Counted from the first letter of the stretch, positions 30,357 to 40,903 are shown. The stretch is DNA of 64,000 nt from a bacterium (GCA_003252295.1 QKEV01000015.1:24242-88241); one strand, 5' to 3'. Notes: a model not told the origin generated them from the sequence alone. Numbers and translations are program-made.

Positions 30357-31367
30357 CTATTTTGCGATCATGCTGCGCTTGTAGGTGTTGAGATGTGTGA
30401 GTGCGATACCGGTACCTCGTGCGACGCACAGTGGTGCATGTTCAGCAAGCGTTGCCCGTACTCCTGCTCTACGGAAGATGAGTTCTGGCAGGTTTCGTAA
30501 CTGACTTGTACCACCGGTCATGATGATACCGCGGTCGATAATGTCTGCAGCAAGTTCAGGTGGTGTCTCCTGCAGTACGTACTTAATAGCATCGATCATT
30601 TCAGTAAGCTCTTTCTTTGTTGCCTTTACTACCTCATTGGTGCCTATTTCCGTTGTTTTTGGTAGTCCTGAGATAACATCACGTCCCTTTACCTCCATGG
30701 TAAGCTCTTCTTCAACTGGCAGTGCTGAACCGACATTTATCTTTATCTCCTCAGCAGTTTTCTCTCCTATTGCCATGTTGTGGGTTTTTTTGACGTAGTC
30801 TTGTATAGCATGATCAAGTCGGTTGCCTGCACACTTCACTGACGTTGATGCAACAATACCACCAAGTGAGATAACAGCTACATCAATGGTGCCGCCGCCA
30901 ATATCGGTTACGATGTGTCCTCGTGGTTCTTGGATAGGAATGCCGGCACCAATAGCTGCAAGTACCGGTTCTTTCACGACGTAGGCGTTCTTTGCGCCGG
31001 CTTTTACTGCTGCTTCTATAACAGCACGTCGTTCCGTTGAGGTGACGCCTGCTGGAACGGAGAGAATAACGTCTGGTTTAAAGTAGTTGAAACGACCAAG
31101 TGCTTTTTTTATGTAGTATGAGAGCATTGCTTCAGTAACACGGTAGTTTGCAATAACGCCATCCTTCATCGGTTTGTAGGCAACAATACTGTCAGGTGTT
31201 TTACCCACCATGATCTTAGCGTCAGCGCCAACCGCAAGAATTTTTTTGTCTTCCAGTGAGACAGCAACCACGGATGGTTCATTCAAGACGACACCCTTCT
31301 CAGGGACGTATACGAGCGTGGTGGTGGTGCCTAGGTCTATGCCAAGTTTTGGTGTGAAGAACGACAT
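30357..31367 (-). CDS. mreB: rod shape-determining protein MreB/Mbl
   Basis: GIDLGT, EPSVVA, DIGGGT, TPPEL. Confidence 0.95.
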   Translation of the reverse strand: MSFFTPKLGIDLGTTTTLVYVPEKGVVLNEPSVVAVSLEDKKILAVGADAKIMVGKTPDSIVAYKPMKDGVIANYRVTEAMLSYYIKKALGRFNYFKPDVILSVPAGVTSTERRAVIEAAVKAGAKNAYVVKEPVLAAIGAGIPIQEPRGHIVTDIGGGTIDVAVISLGGIVASTSVKCAGNRLDHAIQDYVKKTHNMAIGEKTAEEIKINVGSALPVEEELTMEVKGRDVISGLPKTTEIGTNEVVKATKKELTEMIDAIKYVLQETPPELAADIIDRGIIMTGGTSQLRNLPELIFRRAGVRATLAEHAPLCVARGTGIALTHLNTYKRSMIAK

Positions 31368-31541
31368 GTAGTGTTAGCTAGCATATAGGGAAAATGAAAA
31401 CTAATCCAGTACCTAAGGGAGTAGAGAATCTTGACAAGTGTGTAAAATAACGTGTTTTACTCAATTCTTGACGACTAAGTACTGTTGTGCGATTCACAAT
31501 AGATGACAGGCAACAAATGTGTATGGTGCTACAATAGGTTC

Positions 31542-32858
31542 ATGACGTCACAACAAAAACAAATGATCTTTACCGTTAACGGCGGTAAAAAATTACATGG
31601 TGAGGTGACCGTTGATGGATCAAAGAATGGTTCTGTTGGGTTGCTTGCAGCTTCTTTGTTAAATCGTGCACCAACCACATATACGAATATTCCTAAAATT
31701 GAGGAGGTAAATAGATTACTGGAGGTACTTGAGTCTATCGGGATGAGTTGCGTATGGGAAAATGGTGCTCTTACGTTGGTGCCTCCTCAAAAGTACAATC
31801 TTGATTCACTTAATATTGAGGCTGCAAAAAAAACGCGATCAATACTCATGTTTATTGGTCCTTTGATACATTTGCTTAAGAATTTTTCATTACCGCATTC
31901 CGGTGGTTGCAAACTTGGGAACCGTACCGTGCGTCCGCACTTTTACGCCCTTGAGAGACTCGGTGTAAAGATACACACCGATGATACTGCTTGGCAGGTT
32001 TCAAGAGGTGTTCTCAAACCTGCTGAAATAGTGATGTATGAATCGAGTGATACAGCGACCGAGAATGTCATCATGGCTGCTGCACTTGTTCCTGGAAAAA
32101 CCACCATCAAGTATGCTTCTGCAAACTACATGGTTCAGGAGCTCTGTTTTTTCTTGGAGGATTGCGGTATTAAGATTGAAGGGATTGGTACCACAACACT
32201 TGTGGTACATGGTAAAAAGAGTATCGATAAACCATTGGTTTACAATATTTCCGAAGACCCTATCGTGACCATGATGTATCTTTCGGCAGCTATTGTAACA
32301 AGATCGAGTGTCACCATTAAACGTGCACCAATAGAGTTTCTCGAACAGGAACTTCTCGTTTTGGAGAAAATGGGTTTCAAGTACGAGATACTAAAACGTT
32401 ACACCTCAAAGAATAAACGCACAAAGCTCGTTGACCTTAAGACGAAACCATCCAGACTCACAGCGCCACTTGATAAAGTGCATGCACGACCGTATCCGGG
32501 ACTCAACACGGACAACCTCCCCTTCTTTGCTGCCATTGCAACACAGGCTGAAGGGACGACACTCATCCACGACTGGATATTTGAAAAACGAGCTCTATAC
32601 TTCACCGACCTAGATAAGCTCGGGGCAGATACTATGCTTGCAGATCCACACAGGATTTATATTGAAGGACCTACAGAGTTACGTGCAAATGAGCTTGTTG
32701 CTCCCCCTGCACTACGTCCAGCAGTAGTGCTTCTTGTTGCCATGCTTGCTGCGAAAGGTACATCTATATTACGGAACGTGTATCCGATCAATCGCGGATA
32801 TGAGGATATTGTTGGGAAGCTACGGTCAATTGGGGCAGATATTTCAATTACAAACTAG
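31542..32858 (+). CDS. murA: UDP-N-acetylglucosamine 1-carboxyvinyltransferase
   Basis: GSKN, GGCKLGNR, ATEN, PYPG..TD, RGY. Confidence 0.92.
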   Translation: MTSQQKQMIFTVNGGKKLHGEVTVDGSKNGSVGLLAASLLNRAPTTYTNIPKIEEVNRLLEVLESIGMSCVWENGALTLVPPQKYNLDSLNIEAAKKTRSILMFIGPLIHLLKNFSLPHSGGCKLGNRTVRPHFYALERLGVKIHTDDTAWQVSRGVLKPAEIVMYESSDTATENVIMAAALVPGKTTIKYASANYMVQELCFFLEDCGIKIEGIGTTTLVVHGKKSIDKPLVYNISEDPIVTMMYLSAAIVTRSSVTIKRAPIEFLEQELLVLEKMGFKYEILKRYTSKNKRTKLVDLKTKPSRLTAPLDKVHARPYPGLNTDNLPFFAAIATQAEGTTLIHDWIFEKRALYFTDLDKLGADTMLADPHRIYIEGPTELRANELVAPPALRPAVVLLVAMLAAKGTSILRNVYPINRGYEDIVGKLRSIGADISITN

Positions 32859-32906
32859 CAAAACCTCAAGATTTTGAGTACCAAAAAACATGCTACTATG
32901 TGAGCT

Positions 32907-34799
32907 ATGTTTACGGTAACCGTAGTACCAATTTCACGTGGGAGCAACATATCAGAACTCACCTACTACAGCAGTGTGGCGTACCCACAAGGGTCTTTCA
33001 TTTATGTACCAGTTCGTAGCACTGAACGTCTTGCACTCGTTCTTTCGTGTAGTGAGGTAAAAAAGGTAAAAGCAACGTTACGTAATCGATCATTTGCACT
33101 GAAGAAGGTACGGAAACAAAAAAGTAAACAGTTGGTAACGCAAGAATTTGTTCGTGCTGTTGAGACAGTTGCAAAAAAACACGCAGCAAGTGTCGGTGCA
33201 GTACTTTTTTCAGTGGTTCCTAAAGCACTCATGGATTTTGCTGAAAGTATTGGTGAGACGGTGGAAGTAGCAAAACCAAAATTGAGAGGTTACATTGTGC
33301 CACGCCTCTACCAAGGGTTAGCAAAGAGTAGGGTTGAGTTTTACAAAACCTCGATACGTGAGGCGTTTGCTGCAGGTGGTTCAGTGTTTCTCATGGTACC
33401 AACCATTGCTGACGGTGAGCGTGTTCAAAGTGAACTTTGTAACGGTATTGAGAAATACTCTTTTTTCCTTCACGGTGGTGTATCAAAGAAAAAGCAGCAA
33501 ACAATGGTGCAGAATATTTTACAGTCTGAGCACCCAGTACTTGTTATTGCTCCATACCAGTACCTGTCTCTGCCGCGTCACGATCTTGTTACAGTGATCG
33601 TTGAACGTGAAGGTTCTCCGTTATATCGTTCACGTACTCGTCCTTTCGTGGATGCACGAGTATTGGCACATGAACTTGCTGCTGAGATCGGTGGTCAGCT
33701 TTTCTTGGCTGATCTCCCACTTCGTATTGAGAGTGTCTACATGCGTTCACTTGGTGAGTATGAAGAGATCGTAACAGGTGATCATAGGATGCATTTCCCC
33801 ACAAAAGTAGAGCTATTGAACTTACAAGGAACTACCACTTCAAGTGATAAACGTTTTCAAGCAATCGATGGTTCATTGTTTGATAAGATTCGAGACACAG
33901 GTCTTCATGGAGGACGCACCTTTTTGTATGTTGCAAGACGAGGTCTTTCTCCAGTAACACTTTGTCAGGATTGTGGAACAGTGGTGAAGTGTAATGAGTG
34001 TGGTGTCTCAGTGGTACTGCACCATGGAAGCAGTGAGAATCACTTTCTCTGTCATTCGTGTGGTGCACTCCGTCATGCACGAGAGCGGTGCAGTAACTGC
34101 ACAAGCTGGAGACTTGCAGCTTTCGGTATAGGAACAGAGTTGGTGGAGCAAGAGGTAAAAGAAGTACTACCAAAACGTGACGTTTTTGTTATCTCAAGTG
34201 ATACAGTAAAAACCCATAAGCAAGCAGATGCTGTTGTTCAAGAGTTCTACAAGACACCGAAATCAGTGCTCGTTGGTACAGAGATGGCGCTACCTTACCT
34301 CACGAAACATGTCCCCCTTGTTGGTGTTGCTTCGTTGGATTCCCTTCTCTCTCTTGCAAGTTGGAACATATATGAACGCATTGCGGCAACACTAACCCGT
34401 TTGCGCGAGATAGCGGGAGAAGAACTTGTCGTGCAGACGAGGTGTCCAGAAGCAGAAGTGCTCCGTAAGGTGATGAGTGGCAACTTTTCTGGTTTTTATA
34501 AAGATGAATTGGAGGTGCGAAAGATACTCGGCTACCCTCCATATACAGTCCTCTTGAAGGTCTCCTATACGGGTACACAGGAGTTGGTTGAGCAAAAAAT
34601 GAAGGAAGCTGTTGAACATCTAAAACCTTATGAACTCATACTATTTTCTCGTTTTCTTCAAGCTCCAGGTGGTAAGCATACATTGCATGGTTTTCTTAGG
34701 GTTGAGCGTGAGTCATGGCCTGATGCAGGTCTGCTCGACCGTTTACTCTCCTTACCGCCGAGCTATCAGGTCTCTGTTGATCCGGACAGTATCTTGTAG
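32907..34799 (+). CDS. priA: primosomal protein N' (degenerate helicase core)
   Basis: RRG + 4x CxxC zinc region, GIGTE, YPPY; lies before def-fmt. Confidence 0.82.
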   Translation: MFTVTVVPISRGSNISELTYYSSVAYPQGSFIYVPVRSTERLALVLSCSEVKKVKATLRNRSFALKKVRKQKSKQLVTQEFVRAVETVAKKHAASVGAVLFSVVPKALMDFAESIGETVEVAKPKLRGYIVPRLYQGLAKSRVEFYKTSIREAFAAGGSVFLMVPTIADGERVQSELCNGIEKYSFFLHGGVSKKKQQTMVQNILQSEHPVLVIAPYQYLSLPRHDLVTVIVEREGSPLYRSRTRPFVDARVLAHELAAEIGGQLFLADLPLRIESVYMRSLGEYEEIVTGDHRMHFPTKVELLNLQGTTTSSDKRFQAIDGSLFDKIRDTGLHGGRTFLYVARRGLSPVTLCQDCGTVVKCNECGVSVVLHHGSSENHFLCHSCGALRHARERCSNCTSWRLAAFGIGTELVEQEVKEVLPKRDVFVISSDTVKTHKQADAVVQEFYKTPKSVLVGTEMALPYLTKHVPLVGVASLDSLLSLASWNIYERIAATLTRLREIAGEELVVQTRCPEAEVLRKVMSGNFSGFYKDELEVRKILGYPPYTVLLKVSYTGTQELVEQKMKEAVEHLKPYELILFSRFLQAPGGKHTLHGFLRVERESWPDAGLLDRLLSLPPSYQVSVDPDSIL

Positions 34800-34851
34800 A
34801 AAGTCATGTTTTGTGTTGCCGAAGCAGCAATGAGCGTGTATCATCTCGAAT

Positions 34852-35379
34852 ATGAAGGAAATAGTACAACTTGGCGAGCACGAGGCGCTTCGTATGAAAG
34901 CACAAGACGTGCCTCTTAAAGATATACAGAGTAAAAAAATACAGGACATCATTGCTGACATGAAAGAGACGCTTGAAAAAGAACCTGACGGTGCTGCGCT
35001 TGCTGCACCACAGATCGGTGTACCACTGCGTATTTTCTTACTCGCTGAGAAGGTGTTTGGGGTTGATAGCTCACATAAGGCAGCGAGCAAGGATCCACAT
35101 CTTGTATTTATAAACCCTGTCATTATTAAGCGTTCTGGCAAGAAGGCGCTCATGGATGAAGGATGTCTTTCTCTGCGAGGTAAGTATGGCACAATACAAC
35201 GTTCTACTAATGTGACCGTTGAGGCGTATGATGAGCATGGTAAGAAGTTTACCCGTGGTGCAGGAGGACTGCTTGCACAAGCGTTTCAGCATGAATGTGA
35301 TCACTTTGATGGTGTGCTTTTCTGTGATGGTGCAAAAGAGCTCTGGGATGTTGATATGTCAGAGCAAAAGAAAAATTAG
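34852..35379 (+). CDS. def: peptide deformylase
   Basis: LAAPQIG, EGCLS, QHECDH. Confidence 0.96.
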   Translation: MKEIVQLGEHEALRMKAQDVPLKDIQSKKIQDIIADMKETLEKEPDGAALAAPQIGVPLRIFLLAEKVFGVDSSHKAASKDPHLVFINPVIIKRSGKKALMDEGCLSLRGKYGTIQRSTNVTVEAYDEHGKKFTRGAGGLLAQAFQHECDHFDGVLFCDGAKELWDVDMSEQKKN

Positions 35380-35385
35380 TTTTGC

Positions 35386-36249
35386 ATGAAAGATATACGA
35401 ATAGCGTTTTTTGGAACACCAGAACTTGCCGTGTATGTGCTCGATGAGTTAAAGCGTGGGGGTATTGCACCTGCGCTTGTAGTTACGGCTCCGGACAGGA
35501 AGGCGGGCAGGAAACTTGTACTCACCCCTCCTCCAGTAAAGGTGTGGGCAGAAGAGTATGACATTGAGGTTTTGCAACCCGAGTCGTTAAAAAATAGTGA
35601 TGAGTTGGAGATACTCAAGAATAGCGAATGGGACCTTTTTATTGTTGCTGCGTACACAATATTTCTTCCAAAATATCTACTGGAACTTCCAAAGTATGGT
35701 GTACTCAACGTACACCCTTCCCTTTTGCCAAAGTTGCGTGGACCTTCACCAATTCGCACTGCTATTCGAGATGATCTTGAAGATGAAACGGGTGTGAGTG
35801 TTATCCTTCTTGATGAGGAAATGGATCATGGACCTATTGTGGCACAAGCTACTGTGGAGCTTCCCGAGTGGCCAGTACAAGGAAGAGTGCTCGATGAACT
35901 TCTCTTTCGTGAGGGAGGGCGTTTATTGCTTGAGGTGATACCAGAGTGGGTGAAGAAAACCATAACACCAGACCCACAGGAGCATGGGCAAGCAACGTAT
36001 ACACAACAGATAGCAAAAGCTGATGGAGAACTGCATCTTGATGGTGATGCGTATGAAAACTACTGTAAGTACTGTGCCTACGATGGTTGGCCTGGTGTCT
36101 TCTTCTTTGAGGAACGAAATGGTAAAACAGTGCGTGTGAAGGTCACAGACGCACTGTTTGAGAATGGTCAATTTTTAATACAGAGAGTTATACCAGAGGG
36201 TAAAAAAGAGATGTCGTACACTGATTGGATGAGAAATGCCGACGACTAG
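35386..36249 (+). CDS. fmt: methionyl-tRNA formyltransferase
   Basis: FFGTPE, NVHPSLLPKLRGPSPI, MDHGP. Confidence 0.95.
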   Translation: MKDIRIAFFGTPELAVYVLDELKRGGIAPALVVTAPDRKAGRKLVLTPPPVKVWAEEYDIEVLQPESLKNSDELEILKNSEWDLFIVAAYTIFLPKYLLELPKYGVLNVHPSLLPKLRGPSPIRTAIRDDLEDETGVSVILLDEEMDHGPIVAQATVELPEWPVQGRVLDELLFREGGRLLLEVIPEWVKKTITPDPQEHGQATYTQQIAKADGELHLDGDAYENYCKYCAYDGWPGVFFFEERNGKTVRVKVTDALFENGQFLIQRVIPEGKKEMSYTDWMRNADD

Positions 36250-36608
36250 GCGGTTTCGCGAATCATCTTCTTGAGCACACGTGCCCCTCCCCTCTTTTGC
36301 GTTTCGTGCTTTCCCTTGTCTACTTTGAGCGCTTGCAGTATGTCGTCTTTTACTTTGTCGATAGCTTTTTCAAAGGTTGGCTCATCTTTGCTTACTCGGT
36401 ATATTCTACCTTCAGCTTCTAGGGTTACCTCTGCTGTGTACACATCTCCTGTTTGATGCTTTGGGTCTTTGCGAAATTCAACGTAACAAACGGCTGCTTC
36501 AACACTCTTTTCATCAAGTAGCTTTGAAAAAGCTGCTAGTTTGGTTTCTGCGTATGCTTTAAGTTTTTCGTCAGCGTCAGTACCGGTAAACTTTATGTTT
36601 GTTTTCAT
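36246..36608 (-). CDS. hpf: ribosome hibernation factor HPF/RaiA
   Basis: MKTNIK...LKAYAETKL...AEVTL...AIDKVKD. Confidence 0.82.
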   Translation of the reverse strand: MKTNIKFTGTDADEKLKAYAETKLAAFSKLLDEKSVEAAVCYVEFRKDPKHQTGDVYTAEVTLEAEGRIYRVSKDEPTFEKAIDKVKDDILQALKVDKGKHETQKRGGARVLKKMIRETA

Positions 36609-36612
36609 AGTA

Positions 36613-36876
36613 TTAACTATTACTTAATAATTGATACGTCTTTGAAGGTGTTTGTGCTCCTTTTATGAGTCGTAGCATATTGGGCATACATTTGAGCTCT
36701 TGTGCCACGAGTTCACGTACCCGTCTATTTGCAAGTCCTCGTTCTGCTTTTTCTTTTACGGTTATGTAAAAGGTTTCGTTTCTTATGGTAACTGTTTCTC
36801 TCTTTGCATTAGTTACTACGCGTACGTGAAGGTACTTTCTTTCATTCTCTGTGTTTTTAGTTTTGTTGACGTTCAT
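36613..36876 (-). CDS. DUF167 (YggU) family protein
   Basis: VRVVTNAKRE...AERGLAN...LIKG.....K. Confidence 0.8.
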   Translation of the reverse strand: MNVNKTKNTENERKYLHVRVVTNAKRETVTIRNETFYITVKEKAERGLANRRVRELVAQELKCMPNMLRLIKGAQTPSKTYQLLSNS

Positions 36877-37456
36877 ATGTTCCCATGAGTTCCCCTTGAG
36901 AGAGAATGTGTCCTTTCATGAGCTCCAAAACCTCCTCTTTTGTTGCTCCTTCTTCAAGTCTCAAAATAGTGTCGAGTGCATATACTTTAAAGAAGTAGCG
37001 ATGTTCTCTGTCAGGTGGACATGGTCCAGTATAGGTGAGTCCTTGTGAGGTAGTGATACCTGGAGTTGAAGTTGGTGCTTCGCCTTCACCGATGCGTAGT
37101 GTGTTAGGTGGAATATTGAAAAGTACCCAATGGTTCCACATACCATCTTCTCGAAGGTTTGTAGGAACATCAGGGTCTTCCATGATGAGTGCGAGAGATG
37201 TTGCATTCTCTGGTATGTTATCAATAGCGAGCGGTGGAGAAATGTTCTCACCATCACAGGTGTATTTTTCTGGGATAGTGTGTTCGTTAGCAAAGGCAGG
37301 AGAGCGAATAATAAGGTCGTTCATAGGCAGTACGTTATCGCTAGTAAGAGGTGCTTGTAGACTTTGTTCCTGCTCTTCTGTGTGTTCAAGAGTGTAGTAG
37401 ATGCCGTATATGAGTACTAGGAAGCCAAGTCCTTGTAGCATCCATGCTGTTCGCAT
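36857..37456 (-). CDS. YbhB/YbcL PEBP family protein with N-terminal anchor
   Basis: SPPL, EDPD, HWVLFNI, GPCPP, HRYFFKVYALD. Confidence 0.9.
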   Translation of the reverse strand: MRTAWMLQGLGFLVLIYGIYYTLEHTEEQEQSLQAPLTSDNVLPMNDLIIRSPAFANEHTIPEKYTCDGENISPPLAIDNIPENATSLALIMEDPDVPTNLREDGMWNHWVLFNIPPNTLRIGEGEAPTSTPGITTSQGLTYTGPCPPDREHRYFFKVYALDTILRLEEGATKEEVLELMKGHILSQGELMGTYERQQN

Positions 37457-37526
37457 AGTTATAGTATAGCAGAGAAAAATGTAAACCCGAACCATTGCAT
37501 GGCCCGGGTTTATTGTTCTGTAATAT

Positions 37527-37667
37527 CTAACAGATTATGGGAACCTGAATAGATCCTAACTCCCACATACGACGTTCTTCTTCTGCTGAAATTCCTGTGC
37601 AGGCAGTACGTACTTCATCGTCTGTTGTGGGTACTTTCTTCTCTTCTGTTGGTCCTTCTTGCATCAT
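37527..37667 (-). CDS. 46-aa hypothetical protein
   Basis: MMQEGPTEEKK...QVPIIC after SD aaggggg; TTGACA upstream and hairpin downstream. Confidence 0.5.
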   Translation of the reverse strand: MMQEGPTEEKKVPTTDDEVRTACTGISAEEERRMWELGSIQVPIIC

Positions 37668-37910
37668 TTCCCCCTTTCATTTCTGTTTTTGTTGAAGATT
37701 TTCTAGTGTTCAGTCCGATGACAACCATACAGTATGTTACATATCATGTCAATGGTTTATCCACAGAAATGTATTGACATATATATAATCAAGTGCTACT
37801 TTATCGCTAGTTCTGTACATTGTTAACAGAATGCTACATTTAGTTTACTTGGACAAAGGTGTCCATTTACTGGCCAAAACTGGTCACAAAAAACGAAACG
37901 GAGGTGCACA

Positions 37911-38969
37911 ATGAAGAGATGGAGGGTGTTTTTTGCAGTAATCCTGTCGCTGTTTCTTACAGCAGGTATGTCGTTTGCAGGTGGGAAAGTGCAGGGACCG
38001 ACCCAGAATGGGTCGATTCACCACAACAATACTACTATTGTAGAAGGTGGTGGTGATATCACAAACACCAACACCACAGATCAGGTTGTTGATGTTGTGA
38101 ATAATGTTGCTACCCCTACCACGGTCAACACTGAGACGAATTTTGGTCTCAATAACGACGTTGAAGGCGGTGATGCGATTAGTCTTGCAGGTGGTGGTGC
38201 AGGTGGTGCAGGTGGTGCAGGTGGAACAGGTGTCGGTTATGCAATCGTGGATCAAAGTGGAAATAAGACGTACTCCGTAAATTTCCCACTTTCACCAGGT
38301 GTTGCGCAATCGATTGCACCAGACATGTACGTTCCGGATACAATTCACTGGAACTTCAGACCACCAACCTTTCAGTTTTACACTGGAGAGACCGGTAGTA
38401 ATACCACCGAGGTTGAAATTGTAGAAAAAAGTGGTGTTTTTTACAACAAGCCACCGGAAAAATGCGATTGGAAAGGAGCTGTGTTTCTTGGAAAAGTGCT
38501 TCTTGAACCTACTTTTGATACTCCCTACGAGCGGATTGCATACATCCCTGTTCCAGGGGCAGCAAAACCGTTGAGTTCAGAGATGATGAGGATGGCCGGT
38601 AAGCATAATGGTCCTGCCGAGCTTGAGATGTTTATTCTCGATATGGCACAAAAGCATTGTGCAAACATTATCCTCAACATTGGTGCAGGTACTCGTAAAG
38701 ATCTTGAGGCCTTTACAACAAGCAAGGCTCTTGGTAACGCCGGCAGTGTTGCTCATGCTGCAGAAACTGCGCTTGGTATGACCGTGACACCTGGTATGGG
38801 TAATGGACATGGTGAGACCATCACCTCATCCGAGTACTATCGTCAGTTCCGGATGTTCCAAGTTCCGGATGATTTTGACTGGAAAACGCTTCAGGTTTTT
38901 GTCATCCAGAAACCTGAAGAGGACAAGGCAGATACAGAAACGGCAGTTGACGTGAAGAAAGTCAAATAA
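37911..38969 (+). CDS. secreted Gly/Asn/Thr-rich hypothetical protein
   Basis: Signal peptide, low-complexity N-half with GGGAGGAGGAGG; SD ggaggt. Confidence 0.8.
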   Translation: MKRWRVFFAVILSLFLTAGMSFAGGKVQGPTQNGSIHHNNTTIVEGGGDITNTNTTDQVVDVVNNVATPTTVNTETNFGLNNDVEGGDAISLAGGGAGGAGGAGGTGVGYAIVDQSGNKTYSVNFPLSPGVAQSIAPDMYVPDTIHWNFRPPTFQFYTGETGSNTTEVEIVEKSGVFYNKPPEKCDWKGAVFLGKVLLEPTFDTPYERIAYIPVPGAAKPLSSEMMRMAGKHNGPAELEMFILDMAQKHCANIILNIGAGTRKDLEAFTTSKALGNAGSVAHAAETALGMTVTPGMGNGHGETITSSEYYRQFRMFQVPDDFDWKTLQVFVIQKPEEDKADTETAVDVKKVK

Positions 38970-39000
38970 TGCCAGGTAAATAAAAACGAGAGGTCATGAA

Positions 39001-39147
39001 ATGGTAAAGAAAACGCTAACAGTACTTATACTCTTTGGAGTACTTCTTTCAGTTGCTGCTTGCGGCCGCCCTTCTGGTGAGATTCATGAAGTGCAAATGC
39101 ATATTCCCGGTAATACGCCGGTAGTACTGCAACCCGTTAATAACTAG
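39001..39147 (+). CDS. 48-aa putative lipoprotein
   Basis: MVKKTLTVLILFGVLLSVAAC lipobox; SD gagagg; hairpin downstream. Confidence 0.6.
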   Translation: MVKKTLTVLILFGVLLSVAACGRPSGEIHEVQMHIPGNTPVVLQPVNN

Positions 39148-39297
39148 CACGCATTCTGTTCAGGTGCCCCCGATCACGTAGTGGTCGGGGGTTGTTTTTA
39201 ATTAAAATACAAAAGAGGTCTAAGATGTCGTAACATCCTAGACCTCTTATTTGGCATTTAAAGCCAAATTGTGATGCCGGCATTCCAGCGCAATAGA

Positions 39298-39720
39298 TCA
39301 GAAAAAAGAATTAAAGCTTGCCTGTGACGTGGCGATTGCGTTGCCGGTGACAGCAACACTCGTTCCAAGTAAAAACGTTCCACCATCAAAGTCTGCCTGC
39401 ATTGCAGTAGCCGCTTGGGCTGGACCATTTGCCTGTGAAAACGTAAGTGCGTCTATGTAGGCAAGTCCTGCCTTGATGTCGGTAACAGCAAGGGCATTTA
39501 ACGCTGTAGCTGTGCCACCAAGCGAAATACCTCTTGATTCCAGGTCTGCGATGGTGATGGTGTGATCCGTTACAATAGAGCCAAATACGCCAATCTCAAC
39601 TCCGCCTCTGTCAGCAGATATGGAAGTTGTAATAGTACCCACATCTGATGCGAAAGCAGCGACTGCCATGACAGTTGTCATCAGAATCGATGTAAGCAAA
39701 ATATTGATCGTTTTCTTCAT
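39298..39720 (-). CDS. secreted Ala/Thr/Gly-rich hypothetical protein
   Basis: MKKT... signal peptide ending AFA; SD aggagg. Confidence 0.75.
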   Translation of the reverse strand: MKKTINILLTSILMTTVMAVAAFASDVGTITTSISADRGGVEIGVFGSIVTDHTITIADLESRGISLGGTATALNALAVTDIKAGLAYIDALTFSQANGPAQAATAMQADFDGGTFLLGTSVAVTGNAIATSQASFNSFF

Positions 39721-40038
39721 TTCAAACCTCCTGTGAGAGATGAATTGTGCCACAGCGGCAAGTTGAAGAGGTGCAACTACTTGTTGCACAACCCCTTCCC
39801 AAACGAAAATTCTAAAAAACAAAAACTGTTTGAAATCTACTAAATTTTTTATATTGGTCAATATTGCAATTAATAATTGTTATGTTCTTGTGTTTTCTTG
39901 TATGTATGTACTAAATAAGCCATTTCTCCCAAGTTGTTTTTTAAAAACTTATTGTATTGAAATGTGGACAATAGGTTTGCTGGTTAGTCTAGAAAACCCT
40001 CAGCCAAAAGCGGCTGAGGGTGTGCTACAGGTTAAGGA

Positions 40039-40482
40039 TTAGTGGAACACTGCATTGACCCATCCGCTAGAGAATGCGGTACCAGAGCCGACAGTATAAG
40101 TACGAGTAATGATGTTGGTAGTAGTGTAAGTGTTTGGTGTGTGGATAAACATGCTGTTTTTACCAAAAGCACTTGCCGCACCAAAACCAGGGTTCACATG
40201 AGTGAAAGCACTGCTTTTTGCTGCGATCATCATGGTGCCGTACCATTCTCCAAAGTATTGCCTGTTGTTGAGCAAACTTTGACCGTTGAGTGCTGACCCA
40301 CAAGATTCCATAAAACCAATAGCGCTCATGTTCGAGGCGCTCAAGCCGGCAACTGACTTAGCGTTTGCAAAGCCAATTCCCCCAATGTTGAGTTCCTGTG
40401 TTGCGGAACCTAATACACCGGCTTGAGCTGATGCAGCCAAGGCGAAAGTCACTCCAATTGCAAACATAAAAGCTTTTTTCAT
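40039..40482 (-). CDS. secreted Ala/Ser/Gly-rich hypothetical protein
   Basis: MKKAF...AQA signal peptide; SD ggag. Confidence 0.75.
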   Translation of the reverse strand: MKKAFMFAIGVTFALAASAQAGVLGSATQELNIGGIGFANAKSVAGLSASNMSAIGFMESCGSALNGQSLLNNRQYFGEWYGTMMIAAKSSAFTHVNPGFGAASAFGKNSMFIHTPNTYTTTNIITRTYTVGSGTAFSSGWVNAVFH

Positions 40483-40790
40483 GTGTTTTCTCCATACATT
40501 TTTTTGAGTTAAACTACAATTTATACTTCAAGTTTCGCATGTTGGTTGCCAACCAGTATGGGCAGGTCCCCCCTTCCCTGTGTATTAACGAACAAACCAG
40601 AGGCCATACTACCCGGTATGACTCTATTATGTCAAACAAAACGTGTGTTTTTATGTTGCAGAATATGCCGTGAACATGTACAATCATCCCTAGTTTCGAA
40701 AGAAACAATACGTTCTGCGCCGTGTCCTTCGTGGCCATACATAACTTTAGTGAAGTGGGAGTAAAGAAGGAGTTGCGTAGAAACCAGCAT

Positions 40791-40863
40791 TCCGCGGTAG
40801 CTCAGCTGGTAGAGCGATCGGCTGTTAACCGATTGGTCGCAGGTTCGAGTCCTGCCCGCGGAG
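40791..40863 (+). tRNA. tRNA-Asn(GTT)
   Basis: Acceptor tccgcgg/ccgcgga, D arm gctc..gagc, anticodon loop ctGTTaa, T loop gttcgag; CCA not encoded. Confidence 0.96.
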
Positions 40864-40867
40864 CAAC

Positions 40868-40903
40868 TAGAAAAGCACTATTCTTAGTGCTTTTCTGCGT
40901 ATA
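40868..40903 (+). repeat. 36-bp terminator-containing direct repeat, copy 1
   Basis: tagaaaagcactattcttagtgcttttctgcgtata, identical at 45903-45938. Confidence 0.9.

Noticed and set aside
37757-37765. oriC suggested by TTATCCACA
   Set aside because: A single DnaA box between divergent promoters, with no box cluster and no dnaA nearby.
40490-40640. Riboswitch in the leader of the 40482 gene
   Set aside because: Several small hairpins, but no recognisable aptamer consensus by eye. An Infernal search would be needed.
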